From Squalus acanthias (taxonomy: Eukaryota), in NCBI GenBank assembly GCA_030390025.1, contig CM059427.1, forward strand, positions 20,274,001 to 20,338,000: a DNA stretch of 64,000 nt. The letters run 5' to 3'. The translations under genes were made by a program, and so were the position numbers. The notes under the pieces are model-generated. The model saw only the letters and a program-made list of their open reading frames with translations. It was not told the DNA's origin and searched no databases. This document shows positions 13,101-25,100 of the stretch, one piece after another. The first letter of the stretch is position 1. Every line of letters starts with the position of its first letter.

Positions 13101-16100
13101 ATTGTTGAAAAGAAAAGACATGACCAGCCTGAATTTGAGAGAGTTAACAAACAGGTTTGTCCAGATACAACTTTTGTGGTTGAGGATCTACAAGACCTAC
13201 ACATGCATGACTTCCGTGTCAGAGCTGTCAATGAAATTGGAGAAAGTGAACCATCAATTACTATTAATGTAATAGTACAAGATGATGAAGGTACATGCAG
13301 TCAGTAGTTATGTCCTGTGCTATTGACCTGTAACTAACATGTTGAAAATATAAGTACAATTTTTTCAAATTTCCATGTTTTTCTTTAACATTTTTGTTCT
13401 TGTTTGATTTGCTTATTTTCCTAACAGTGCCTCCAACTGTGAAACTGCTGCTGAGAATTAAGAAAGATGTTATAGCTGTTAAAGTTGGTGAACCAATTGA
13501 AATTCCAGCTGAGGTGGAAGGCCTCCCTTTTCCCAAAATTCAGTGGAGTAAAGGAGAGACTGTTGTGGAAAACTCAACTGACCGACAGAAGATAGATACT
13601 GAAGTAGTATCAAGGACTAATGCAATGACGAAGTTTAGTATTCCTGCAACTGTTAGAAAGGACACAGATACTTACACTATTACTGTTTCAAACCGCCTAG
13701 GATCAGCCTCCCAGTCTGTGAATGTTAATATTCTAGGTGAGAAAACAAAACAATTACAACAAAGAATTTGAGAAAATGTTATGAGGCTTGTATAATAAAT
13801 TTGCAAAAAGTGACTCTTTTGTTTAAATATTGACTTAATTTGCAATTTTTTAACTTCAGATAAACCTTCACCACCAAGAAACCTTAACGTTTCTGATATC
13901 AAAGCTGAATCCTGCTATCTGACTTGGGATGCCCCTGAGGACAATGGTGGCAGTGAAATAACTAACTATATTGTTGACAAGCGTGATGCAAGCAAGAAGA
14001 AATCTGAATGGGAGGAGATCACAAACTTTATTATTGAAAGACGATATGGCGTAATGTTTCCTTTTAATATTATTGCATTAGGTTTATGTTTTCAACAGCT
14101 TCTTACTACAGTTTAGAAAATTGTGTAACCAATGTTTTCTTCTTTTTAGGTATGGAAACTGACAACTGATGGAGAATATCAATTTAGAGTTAGAGCAGAG
14201 AACAAGTATGGAATTAGCGATGGCTGTATGTCTGAAAAAGTGACAATCAAAGACCCATTCGGCCTCCCAGGACCACCAAGTAAACCAATAGTGTCTGATG
14301 TTTCAAGGTCTTCTATGCTTGTATCTTGGGACCCTCCATTGGACAATGGTGGTGCTACAATCACAGGTTACTATATAGAGAAGAGAGAAGTGGGTGGTGT
14401 GTATTGGTCACGCATCAACAGAGCTCCACTGACAAAGCCAGCTGTAAAAGGCCTAAACTTCACTGTCCTCCGCTTGATAGAAGGTGTTGAGTATCAGTTC
14501 AGAGCCATGGCTGTAAATGCTGCTGGAGTTGGACCTCCTAGTGAACCTTCTGATCCTGTTTTGGCAGCTGATCCTATAAGTAAGTTTCAGTAAATCCATA
14601 GATATCAGTTATACATTTCTGCTTCTTCGTTGAAGACACAATAGTTGATTAAAACTTTTATTAAGATAAAACTTTCCTAAAATAATCCACATACAATCAT
14701 AAATGTGACAGTAATACTTGAATTAATGTAAGCAAGATAAGTATAACATTGTAAAATATATTTTATTTTTATTACTCTTAAAGCAAACCAATAGTATTGA
14801 GACATATTTAAACATACTGCAAAAATGGGGGAAATCAACATAAGTATGAAAAGTTGTTCTTTTTTCCCCCCCAAGATCCACCAGGTGCTCCATCCTGTCC
14901 TGCAGTCACTGACAAAGCTAAGAATACAATATCACTTGCATGGAAACGCCCAGAAAAAGATGGTCATAGCCCAATCCAAGGTTATATTGTTGAGATGCAG
15001 GAAGAGGGCTCACCTGATTGGACAAGAGCGTCAGAGCCAGATAAACTGGTTCCTAACTGTGAATATGTGGTGCCCAACTTACAAGCACTCAAGAAGTACA
15101 GGTTCCGGGTTAAAGCTGTTAATGCTGCAGGAGAATCTGAACCAAGTTTATCAACTTCAGATATAATTATGAAGGAAATTCTAGGTCAGTACCTCTAGAT
15201 TTAATACTTTAGAGTATTAGAACATACTTCTTACAGGTTATAACCAACATATTTTTCTTCATAATTTACAGAGGAACCAGATATTACATTGGAACTTGGT
15301 GCACAAGATTTCCTCAATTGCCGTGCCGGTGCACCTTTGAGAATTCCAGCGATTGTAACAGGCCGTCCTTTTCCAAAGATTAATTGGGAGTTTGAAGGAC
15401 AAGCTAAGACAGTGATAAAGGTATGAAATATTTTAATTATATGTAGGTATGTATAGTCACACCTCTGTCCCCAGGAAGGAATCCTCAAAGCCATTCCAAT
15501 TCAATTGGGCATGTGGAATTGAGAATGACCACACTTTCTCAGTTTGTGCTCTAGGGAGTTACTATAGTGAAGTTCATTTGCCAGCTGTGATAAGACTGAA
15601 CAACATACCCTGACAATCAAGAGATTATATACATTTTGTTTGCTGTTTCCTGATAATATAAATTAGTTGCCTTTTGTTGCTGAGGCTGGTGTAGCTGATT
15701 TGGACTTTTGTTTCATATGGCTTGTACTTTTAAGGCTGTTGGGGATGGAAAGAGCTGCTCTCAGCTGATCCTCTCTACCTACTTGATACCTCCCTGTGAA
15801 ATGTTTTGTCCACTTAATCCCTATCAAAGTGTGAAGAACTTGCCACAGTTTGTATAAAACCTTGGCTGCTCTATGACCAGGGGTAGATTTCAATCTGTAC
15901 CACCACAGTGTAAAGTATCATTTGGGCAGAGGGCAGAAAGGTAAGTCTGATGGGGAAGATCACATATGCATGATGCAGCCTGCTTGTTTTTTCTTCCAAT
16001 TAATTCCACTCAATTTCCCCCCCCCTCTAATTTTCAAATATTTCTGATATCAGAGATGATTAAATGCATTCACAATTAGCAGAAAATAAGGGATATTACT

Positions 16101-19100
16101 CCAATTATTTAAAGTGTGCCGAAGAAATTAGGACTCCACCGCATATGGAATCTTAGGAAACTAAACCAATCCCTAAACAAAAAATCTCAAGATGGTCACC
16201 CTATGTCATTTCATCCAGACAGTATGCTTTACTTTAGCCCTTGACTGATGCCCAAGGTGTTCACCATGTACCTTTCAGTAGTTGCTGCACCAACAATGAT
16301 GCAGCATCTCCACGTGTACTGGTTAATCAAGGTTCTTAGCTGGTACTCTGCCAGGCAGACAGCTCAAAAGTGCTCACTTCCAGGAATTGGGCTTCACATT
16401 TAAACATCTAAAATCCCAACTTGTTCCCATAACAGAACCTGATATTTTTCAGGAGCATCTCTGCCTAGTTCAATAGAGAGTGTTCTTACTCTTAGAGCAG
16501 ATCACAGTGCTCTGCGATATTACCTCCCCACCTCCTTCCTGGATGGATCTATCATAATAGAAGTTTATTTGTGGGTACTTGATCTTATGCTTGCAAAAGA
16601 CTCGGATCCTAAATTAGCAATCTCACTGACCAGTGAGATCACTGGATGGCTGGTGTGGGAAAAGGAAATATATCACACTGATGTAGTAGGGGGCTCTCTA
16701 ATACACAGTTGAAAACTCTTTATTTCAATTTCCGCAGTAAGTAGTCATCCTACAATATTCCCATGCCCCATCTAAGCAAATAAGTTCAGGATCTCCTACT
16801 TTGGGATCAAAATAGCAATATCTTATAAGGGTGTTCTCCTGCATCTAGCTGTCCTGCAAATACCCCCGTTTAAGTCTGGGGAGCACATCTTTAAGAGAAG
16901 TGGGCACAGAGCAACAGTATGAAGGAACAGTCCATGTGGCACATCAACCACTAGCATTTATAAGCATTGGGGCGCTGCATTTAGTTACTAGATCAAGGCA
17001 GAATAGTAAATCAACAATATTGCAAAAGTCATTCTGATAAGCCCATAATGGATGAACTAGCTGCAATTTGAGGGCATGGAGGGTACCAATGTAACATCTT
17101 TATTACATCAATAAACAGCACACAATGCTACCGTGCCATGTTGATTATTTACTGGGTATCTTCAAAACATCATCTAGCTGGGTGCACTAAGGCACCTCAC
17201 AGTTCATTGACATGAAAAGAAGATTCGTATGGATCTTCAAGGTATGGCATTGGACGTCAATAGGCTTGTGTGCATTTGCAGAAAATGATCAATTCCCTTA
17301 TTTCTACTCCAGGAGAGGTAATTGGACAGCTTCTCCTTTTCCTGAACACTAAAGTTTTTGTGTGCATTACCTCTACTTCCCCCTGTCCCCAGGGTACTAC
17401 AGAAAGCCTATTCAGAAAAAGCAAAAATTATTCTGATAATGTAATAATGCCCCCCCCCCCCCCACCCACCCCGAGCCTCGATGACCCCCCCCCCCCCCCA
17501 GTCTTTCTGATCTCCCCCTGGCCCTTCTGAACTCACCCTGGCCTTTCCGATCTCCCTCCCCCTCCAGCCTTTCCAATCCCTCCCTCCCTCCTTCCTCCAC
17601 GCTCCCCATCGTGGCCTGCTGCTGAAGGCCTGCCAGCCTGTCAATCTGGCTGGCTGCTGCCGGGAAACAAAAACAAAAAATGTCAATCAGGTTCTGCCGT
17701 TAAATTCGGCTGGACCTGAGGGAAACCCTTTCTTCCGGGTTTCCCAAACACAAAACAACTCCCTGCCTCCCGCTCCCCGTAAAAATGGTTAAAGCTCCTC
17801 AGCAGGGGAGTGCCCCACCGGATTCTGTATTAGTTTTAGTGTGCTATTGGCTCTACAGTATATGAAGGATGTCTAATTAAAGAAGGGTGGTCTTCTTTCT
17901 TTAAATCATAGGTATCTTTCACAAACTATGGCCCCTCCCAGCTATCGCCTCCGACATGCTGGGCTTGCTTTTTTGATCTGGCTGGGTATTTTCTTGTTTG
18001 AAGTTGGTTTAGATCAGCTTCAGGTCAAAATGAAATGGCACCATCATGCAGGCTCTGGGTGAAGATCACATGTGGCACCATTCAGTATGCCATCATGACA
18101 AAAATAATTGGGGGAAGGTGAACATGAAATCTTCTCTACAACAAATCAATCATCAATAATCACAGATTTCTTCTCAAAAAAAATAAAGATTAAACAGATT
18201 TTGTAACCTTTGATATTTTACTGTTTTGTTTAGGATGATGGACATAATCTACCAGCTGAGGCCCAGGTAATAATTTGGTTAATGATTCATTTACAGTATC
18301 ATGTTTGAAATTTTGGAATGTAGAAATGGAATTTGCATTTTAGTTACTGATTTATTGTATGAGGCGCGAGTTAGCTAGGATGGATTGGGGAGCGTTACTT
18401 AAAGGGTTGACGGTGGATAGGCAATGGCAAACATTTAAAGATCGCTTGGATGAACTACAGAATTTGTTCATCCCTGTTTGGCATAAAAATAAAACAAAAA
18501 AGGTGACTCAACCGTGGCTAACAAGGGAAATTAGGGATAGCATAAGATCCAAGGAGAGGACATATAAATTGGCCAGAAAAAGCAGCAAACCTGAGGATTG
18601 GGAGCAGTTTAGGATTCAGCAAAGAGGACAAAGGGATTAATTAAGAGGGGGGAAATAGAATAAGAGAGTAAGCTTGCAGGGAACATAAAAACTGACTGTA
18701 AAAGCTTCTATAGATATGTGAAGAGAAAAAGATTGGTGAAGTCAAGCGTAGGTCCCTTGCAGTCAGAATCAGGGGAATTTATAATGGGGAACAAAGAAAT
18801 GGCAGACCAATTAAATACATACTTTGGTTCTGTCTTCACAAAGGAGGACACAAATAACCTCCCAGAGATGTCGGGGAACATAGGGTCTAATGAGAGGGAG
18901 GAATTGAATGAAATCAGTATTTGTAGGGAAATGGTGTTAGAGAAATTGACGGGATTGAAGGTCGATAAATCCCCAGGGCCTGATAATCTACATCCTAGGG
19001 TACTTAAGGAAGTGGCCCACGAAATAGTAGATGCATTGCTGGTCATCTTCCAAAATTCTATAGACTCTGGAACAGTTCCCATGGATTGGAGGGTAGCTAA

Positions 19101-22100
19101 TGTAACCCCACTATTTAAAAAAGGTGGGTGAGAAAAAACGGGGAATTATAGACCGGTAAGCCTGACGTCGGTAGTGTGCAAAATGCTAGAGTCCATTATA
19201 AAAGATGTAATAGCAGAGCACTTGGAAAACAGTGACAGGATCGGACAAAGTCAACATGGATTTACAAAAGGGAAATCATGCCTGACTAATCTACTGGAAT
19301 TTTTTGAGGATGTAACTGGTAGAATAGATAAGAGCGAACCAGTGGATGTGGTGTATTTGGACTTTCAGAAGGCTTTCGATAAGGTCCCACATAAGAGATT
19401 AGCGTGCAAAGTTAAAGCACATGGGATTGGGGGTAAGGTACTGATTTGGATAGAGAACTGGTTGGCAGACAGGAAACAAAGAGTTGGAATAAACGGGTCT
19501 TTTTCCGAGTGGCAGGCAGCGACTAGTGGGGTACCGCAGGGATCGGTGCTAGGACCCCAGCTATTCACAATATATATTAATGATCTAGACGAGGGAACTA
19601 GATGTAATATCTCTAAGTTTGCAGACAACACAAAGCTGGGTGGGCGTGTGTGCTGTGAGGAGGATGCAGAGAAACTCCAGTATGATTTGGACAGGTTGGG
19701 TGATTGGGCAGATGCATGGCAGATGCAGTATAATGTGGATAAATGCGAGGTTATCCACTTTGGTGGCAAAAACAGGAAGACAGATTATTATCTGAACGGC
19801 AATAGATTGGGAAAAGGGGAAGTGCAACGAGATCTGGGAGTCCTTGTGCACCAGTCGCTGAAGGTAAGCATGCAGGTGCAGCAGGCAGTTAAGAAGGCAA
19901 ATGGTATGTTGGCCTTCATAGCGAGAGGATTCGAGTACAGGAGCAAGGATGTCTTGCTGCAGTTGTACAAGGCCTTGGTGAGACCACCCCTTGAGTATTG
20001 TGTGCAGTTTTGGTCGCCTTATCTGAGGAAGATTCACCAGACTGATACCTGGGATGGCAGGAATGACGTATGAAGAGAGATTGGGTCGATTAGGCTTATA
20101 TTCGCTAGAGTTTCGAAGAATGAGAGGGGATCTCATTGAAACTTATAAAATTCTAACAGGATTAGACAGACTAAATGCAGGAAGGATGTTCCCGATGGCG
20201 GGGGAGTCCAGAACCAGAGGTCACAGTCTAAGGATAAGGGGTAAGCCATTTAGGACTGAGATGAGGAGGAATTTCTTCACCCAGAGAGTGGTGAACCTGT
20301 GGAATTCTCTACCACAGAAGGCAGTTGAGGCCAATTCATTAAATATATTCAAGAAGGAGATAGATATATTTCTTAAGGCTAAAGGGATCAAGGGATATGG
20401 GGAGAAAGCAGGGACAGGGTACTGACTTTGGATGATCAGCCATGGTCTCATTAAATGGCGGAGCAGGCTCGAGGGGCCGAATGGCCTACTTCTGCTCCTA
20501 TCTTCTATGCTTCTATGCTTCTATTCATCTTTTTGTCTTTTGTAGGTCGAAAGTAAAGAAACAAAGACAGCTGTGATTGTTCCGGAATGTAACAGAAGCC
20601 ATTCTGGTCGATATAGTATTACTGCTAAGAACAAGGCTGGACAAAAGACAGTACATGTCAGAGTAAATGTTCTTGGTATGTAATTGTTTTATTGAAGTAT
20701 ATTTGAAATAGAATGAATTGTATTAGTTTAATGTGATTATTAAATGAAATATCTTTTGTGTGTTTCAGATATGCCAGGACCACCAAAAGATCTCAAAGTA
20801 AGTGACATTACAAGGAGTACCTGCAGACTTTCATGGAAGCCCCCAGACAATGATGGTGGAGATAGAATTAAATGCTACGTTGTGGAGAAAAAGACTGTAG
20901 AAGGAAAGGCTTGGGTAAAAGCTAATGCTTCATGTGCAGGCACATCATATGTTGTGCCTGATCTTATTGAAGGGCAGGAGTACTTCTTCCGTGTCCGGGC
21001 AGAAAACCGATTTGGCATTGGTGCACCAGTAGAAACCATTCAGAGGACCAGGGCTAGAGATCCAATTCGTAAGTTTATAGTTTTAGAAACATATACTAGT
21101 CCAGTTCAGATATCAGTATAATTCATTTTAGTGGTTCTGCTTTTTGTTAACAATTTTTTTTTTGATGAATGCACTTTTACATTTCAGATCCCCCCGAGCC
21201 TCCAACAAAACTCAAAATTGTTTTGGCTACTAAGAATTCTGTTTCGCTTACTTGGAGGCCACCAAAGAAAGACGGAGGGGCTCCAGTAACACATTACATT
21301 ATTGAATGTCTTGCCTCGGATCCTACTGGACAAAAGAAGGAATCCTGGAAGCAGTGCAACAGACGTGATGTGGAAGAAACCAAGTTTACAGTAGAAGATC
21401 TTAATGAGGGTGGAGAGTATGAATTCCGTGTAAAAGCTGTTAATGAAGCTGGCACTAGTAAACCATGTAACTCTGTTGGACCTATTATTGTGAAAGATCA
21501 AACATGTAAGTACTGACACAATTATGCCATAATGTACCAATGTAAATATAGAAAACACAAGATTTAAATCTACCTAAAATGTACTAAATATTCCCATGTC
21601 TAGGTGCACCTGCAATTGACCTTAAAGAATTCTTAGAGGCAGAACAACATACAGACATCAGCATTGTAGCTAAAATCAAGGGCACACCATTCCCAACTTT
21701 GACATGGTACAAAGCACCTGCCCAGAAACCAGAAGAAAAATCTAAAGTAGAATATGATCAGCATGTTAACAAAATTGTGACTGAGGATGGTTGCACTCTA
21801 CTAGTTCATCAGTCTCTCCGAAAGGACACTGGTCTTTATACCCTCACTGCTACGAACAATTTCGGAACTGCTTCCAAGGAAATGAGACTCAATGTTCTTG
21901 GTAATCTTTTTTATAACTTATCTCTTTAAATTTCTAGTTTTGGTAATGCAATAATAAGTCCATTCCTGTCATTTACTATAACGAGTGTATTTGAGAATAT
22001 TCATATTTTTGACTTTGTTCTAATAATTAGGTCGTCCTGGTCCTCCAGTTGGTCCTATTAAGTTTGAAGGAATTAGTGCTGAGAAGATGACCCTATCATG

Positions 22101-25100
22101 GCTACCTCCAAAAGATGATGGTGGCTCCAAGATCACCAACTATGTTGTTGAAAAGAGAGAAGCAAGTAGGAAGACTTGGATTCAGGTTACCAATGATGTT
22201 AAAGAGTGTATTTGCACAGTACCCAAGTTACTGGAAGGACATGAATATGTATTCCGCATCATGGCTCAGAATAAATATGGTGTCGGTGAACCTCTTGACA
22301 GTGAACCAGAGACAGCAAGAAACCTGTTTAGTATGTATTGAAATACATTTCCTTCAGATATTCTATATTTTGATATTGCCAGCTTTACAGATGCATCCAT
22401 AAATACAGTTCAATTCTGTATATTTAATAATGGCTAGCAAAATTGTTTATCTTGAGTTCTAAGTTCAGACTGTTGATTGTTTAACAAAAAATACTTAAGT
22501 TAAAATACGTACCAGTAATTGTACAGGCTTTATAATTCTCTGCATTCACTAACAAAAGTGATTTAAATTTTGTGCTGGAGTTGTCCAATAGTTTTTGGAA
22601 CTGTACTCAAGTTAACTTCTGTTGTAGATTCAGAAAATACCAATAAAATGTATATTTTTTTACAGCTGTACCTGGAGCTTGCGACAAACCAACTATAAGT
22701 AGTGTGACCCACGATGGTATGATAGTCAACTGGGAAGAGCCAGAATATGATGGCGGCTCTCCAGTAACTGGCTACTGGTTAGAGCGTAAAGAGACCACTG
22801 GGAAGAGATGGAATAGAATAAATCGTGATCCAATTAGGATTATGCCACTTGGAGTCTCCTATCACGTAACTGGCCTTATTGAAGGCTCAGATTATCAATT
22901 CCGTGTGTTCGCCATCAATGCAGCAGGCATTGGACCCCCAAGCATGCCTTCTGACCCAGTAATAGCAAGAGATCCTATAGGTAGGTATATTGGCGCACTG
23001 GTGCAGCTATTTACACATTCCTAGGGACCAGCTATCCTAACTTCCGGCAATGTCATCTATCCATAAGGAAAACAATGCGATATTGCAAACAATATTTTTT
23101 GTTACTATTTAGCAACAGAAACAACATGCAAGTAAGTCAACAAATACAGAAATCTGATGACCGCATTCCCTCGTGAACCCCCTAGATGCCAGTTTGAAAA
23201 CCTATGCTTTATGATGCACATAGATTAACAACATGGTGTTGATAGCTTGTACTGAATATTTCCTTTTTTTTTAACAGCACCACCTGGTCCTCCATTTCCT
23301 AAGGTGACAGACTGGACTAAGTCAACTGTAGATCTTGAATGGGCTCCACCAACAAAAGATGGTGGATCCAGAATTACTGGCTATTTTGTTGAATTTAAGG
23401 AGGAAGGAAAGGAAGAATGGGAGAAGGTAAATGCATCAATAATGATTTTATATATTTTACATATAGGGGCTGATTTCCTGGTACCGCCCCTCTGCCTTTG
23501 CCAGGCACTGGATCGGCAGAGCATACCTGGAGGGCAGTCTGCCTGTCCAGGCCTCAGAGTGCCCAAATTTGGTGGTCAAAATCATTAAAATGGCTCAGTC
23601 GCACCCTCGTTACTGCTTCGCCCCTTAGCATGGCTTTAAAACGAGGGTAAAAACGAAAGCACAGCTGGAGCCTCTCAGACCTGCAGTGGCAGTACTGACC
23701 ATTAACCTCAGTCCTTACTGGCTACTGTTGGAGAACAGCAGCTACAAGGCCTCCAGGTCCAAAGTTCTGAAGGGACCCTGCAACAAAAAGGTCTATCACC
23801 ATTTTGGGCCACCTTCACTTTGTCACCTGACTCCCTCAGACCCTCCTATATGAGAAGACCCAGACTCGAGGCCCACCACCAGCATCTCCGGCTGCCCCTG
23901 CATTTAGGTCCTCTTGAAGAGCAATGACAGGAAAATGATGTTGTAGAGCTGGAAATGCATCCTGCTACTTCATTTCCATGACAACGCTTGGCCAGCACCA
24001 ATTGTAAGCACAGGCCTTATTCTACTCTTCAGGTGAAGCACCAGAAATCCCAGGGCAGTGAAAGGGGCAGAAATCTGGCATCATAGGTTTCTGCCTCCAC
24101 CCCCCATTTTCCTGACATTTATACATGGGAAATAGGTGTTCCCCAGGTGCTGACGTCAAGAAAATTGAATCTATAATGTTCAGTTTTGGCTAACGTGTTT
24201 GCCTTTTATGGTGTTTCGTCATAGGTTAAAGACAAAGAAGTTAGAGGCACAAAGTTTGTTGTACCAGGACTGAAGGAAGGAAGTTTCTACAGATTTAGAG
24301 TAAGGGCAGTAAATGCTGCTGGAGTTGGTGATCCAGGAGAGGTTTCTGATGCCGTTGAAGTCAAGGATAGAACAGGTAAAAAAATGAAGACCTTTGTTGC
24401 ATTTCTTCAGTATTACTATGGCAATGGTAAATATCTGACATAATTGTTTTTTATTCTAGTCATTCCTGACATTAACTTGGATGCCAGCATGAGAGACAGA
24501 ATTGTAGTACATGCTGGTGGTGTGATTCGTATCTTGGCATATGTATCAGGTAAACCACCTCCAGAGATCACATGGAAAAAAGATGATAACCCAATACCAG
24601 AAGAAGCTACAATTGAAACTACAGTTATCAGCTCCGGTCTTGTTATTAAGAAATGTCAGAGAAAGCATCAAGGGGTGTACAATCTTATTGCTAAGAATGC
24701 AGGAGGCGAAAGAAGAAAGACTGTTATTGTTGATGTTTTAGGTAAATATCTTTACTTTCTGCTTTTGCACAATGCAGTCAATTTTTCTGAAGTATTTAAG
24801 TAAAATTAATAATTTTTTAATTGCAGATGTTCCTGGGCCAGTTGGCGAACCTTTCCGCTGTGAAAACCTAACGAATGATTCTTGCAAATTAGTCTGGTTC
24901 ATTCCAGAAGATGATGGTGGCTCTGCTGTTACCAACTATATCATTGAAAAGCGTGAAGCTGACCGTCGAGGCTGGTCACCTGTCACATACACAGTTACCA
25001 GACAGAATGCTGTCGTTCAGAGTCTGATTCAAGGAAGTCCTTATTTCTTTAGAATTGCAGCTGAAAATATCATAGGCATGGGCCCATGGGTGCAGACAAC

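Noticed and set aside
16620-16645. Overlapping short palindromes atctcactgaccagtgagatcactgg
   Set aside because: Stems of 9 bp or less with no supporting context; too short to interpret.
18359-20425. Host or domesticated reverse transcriptase gene
   Set aside because: 5'-truncated, with stops, frameshifts, a FADN active site and a CR1 tail; an ordinary dead LINE.
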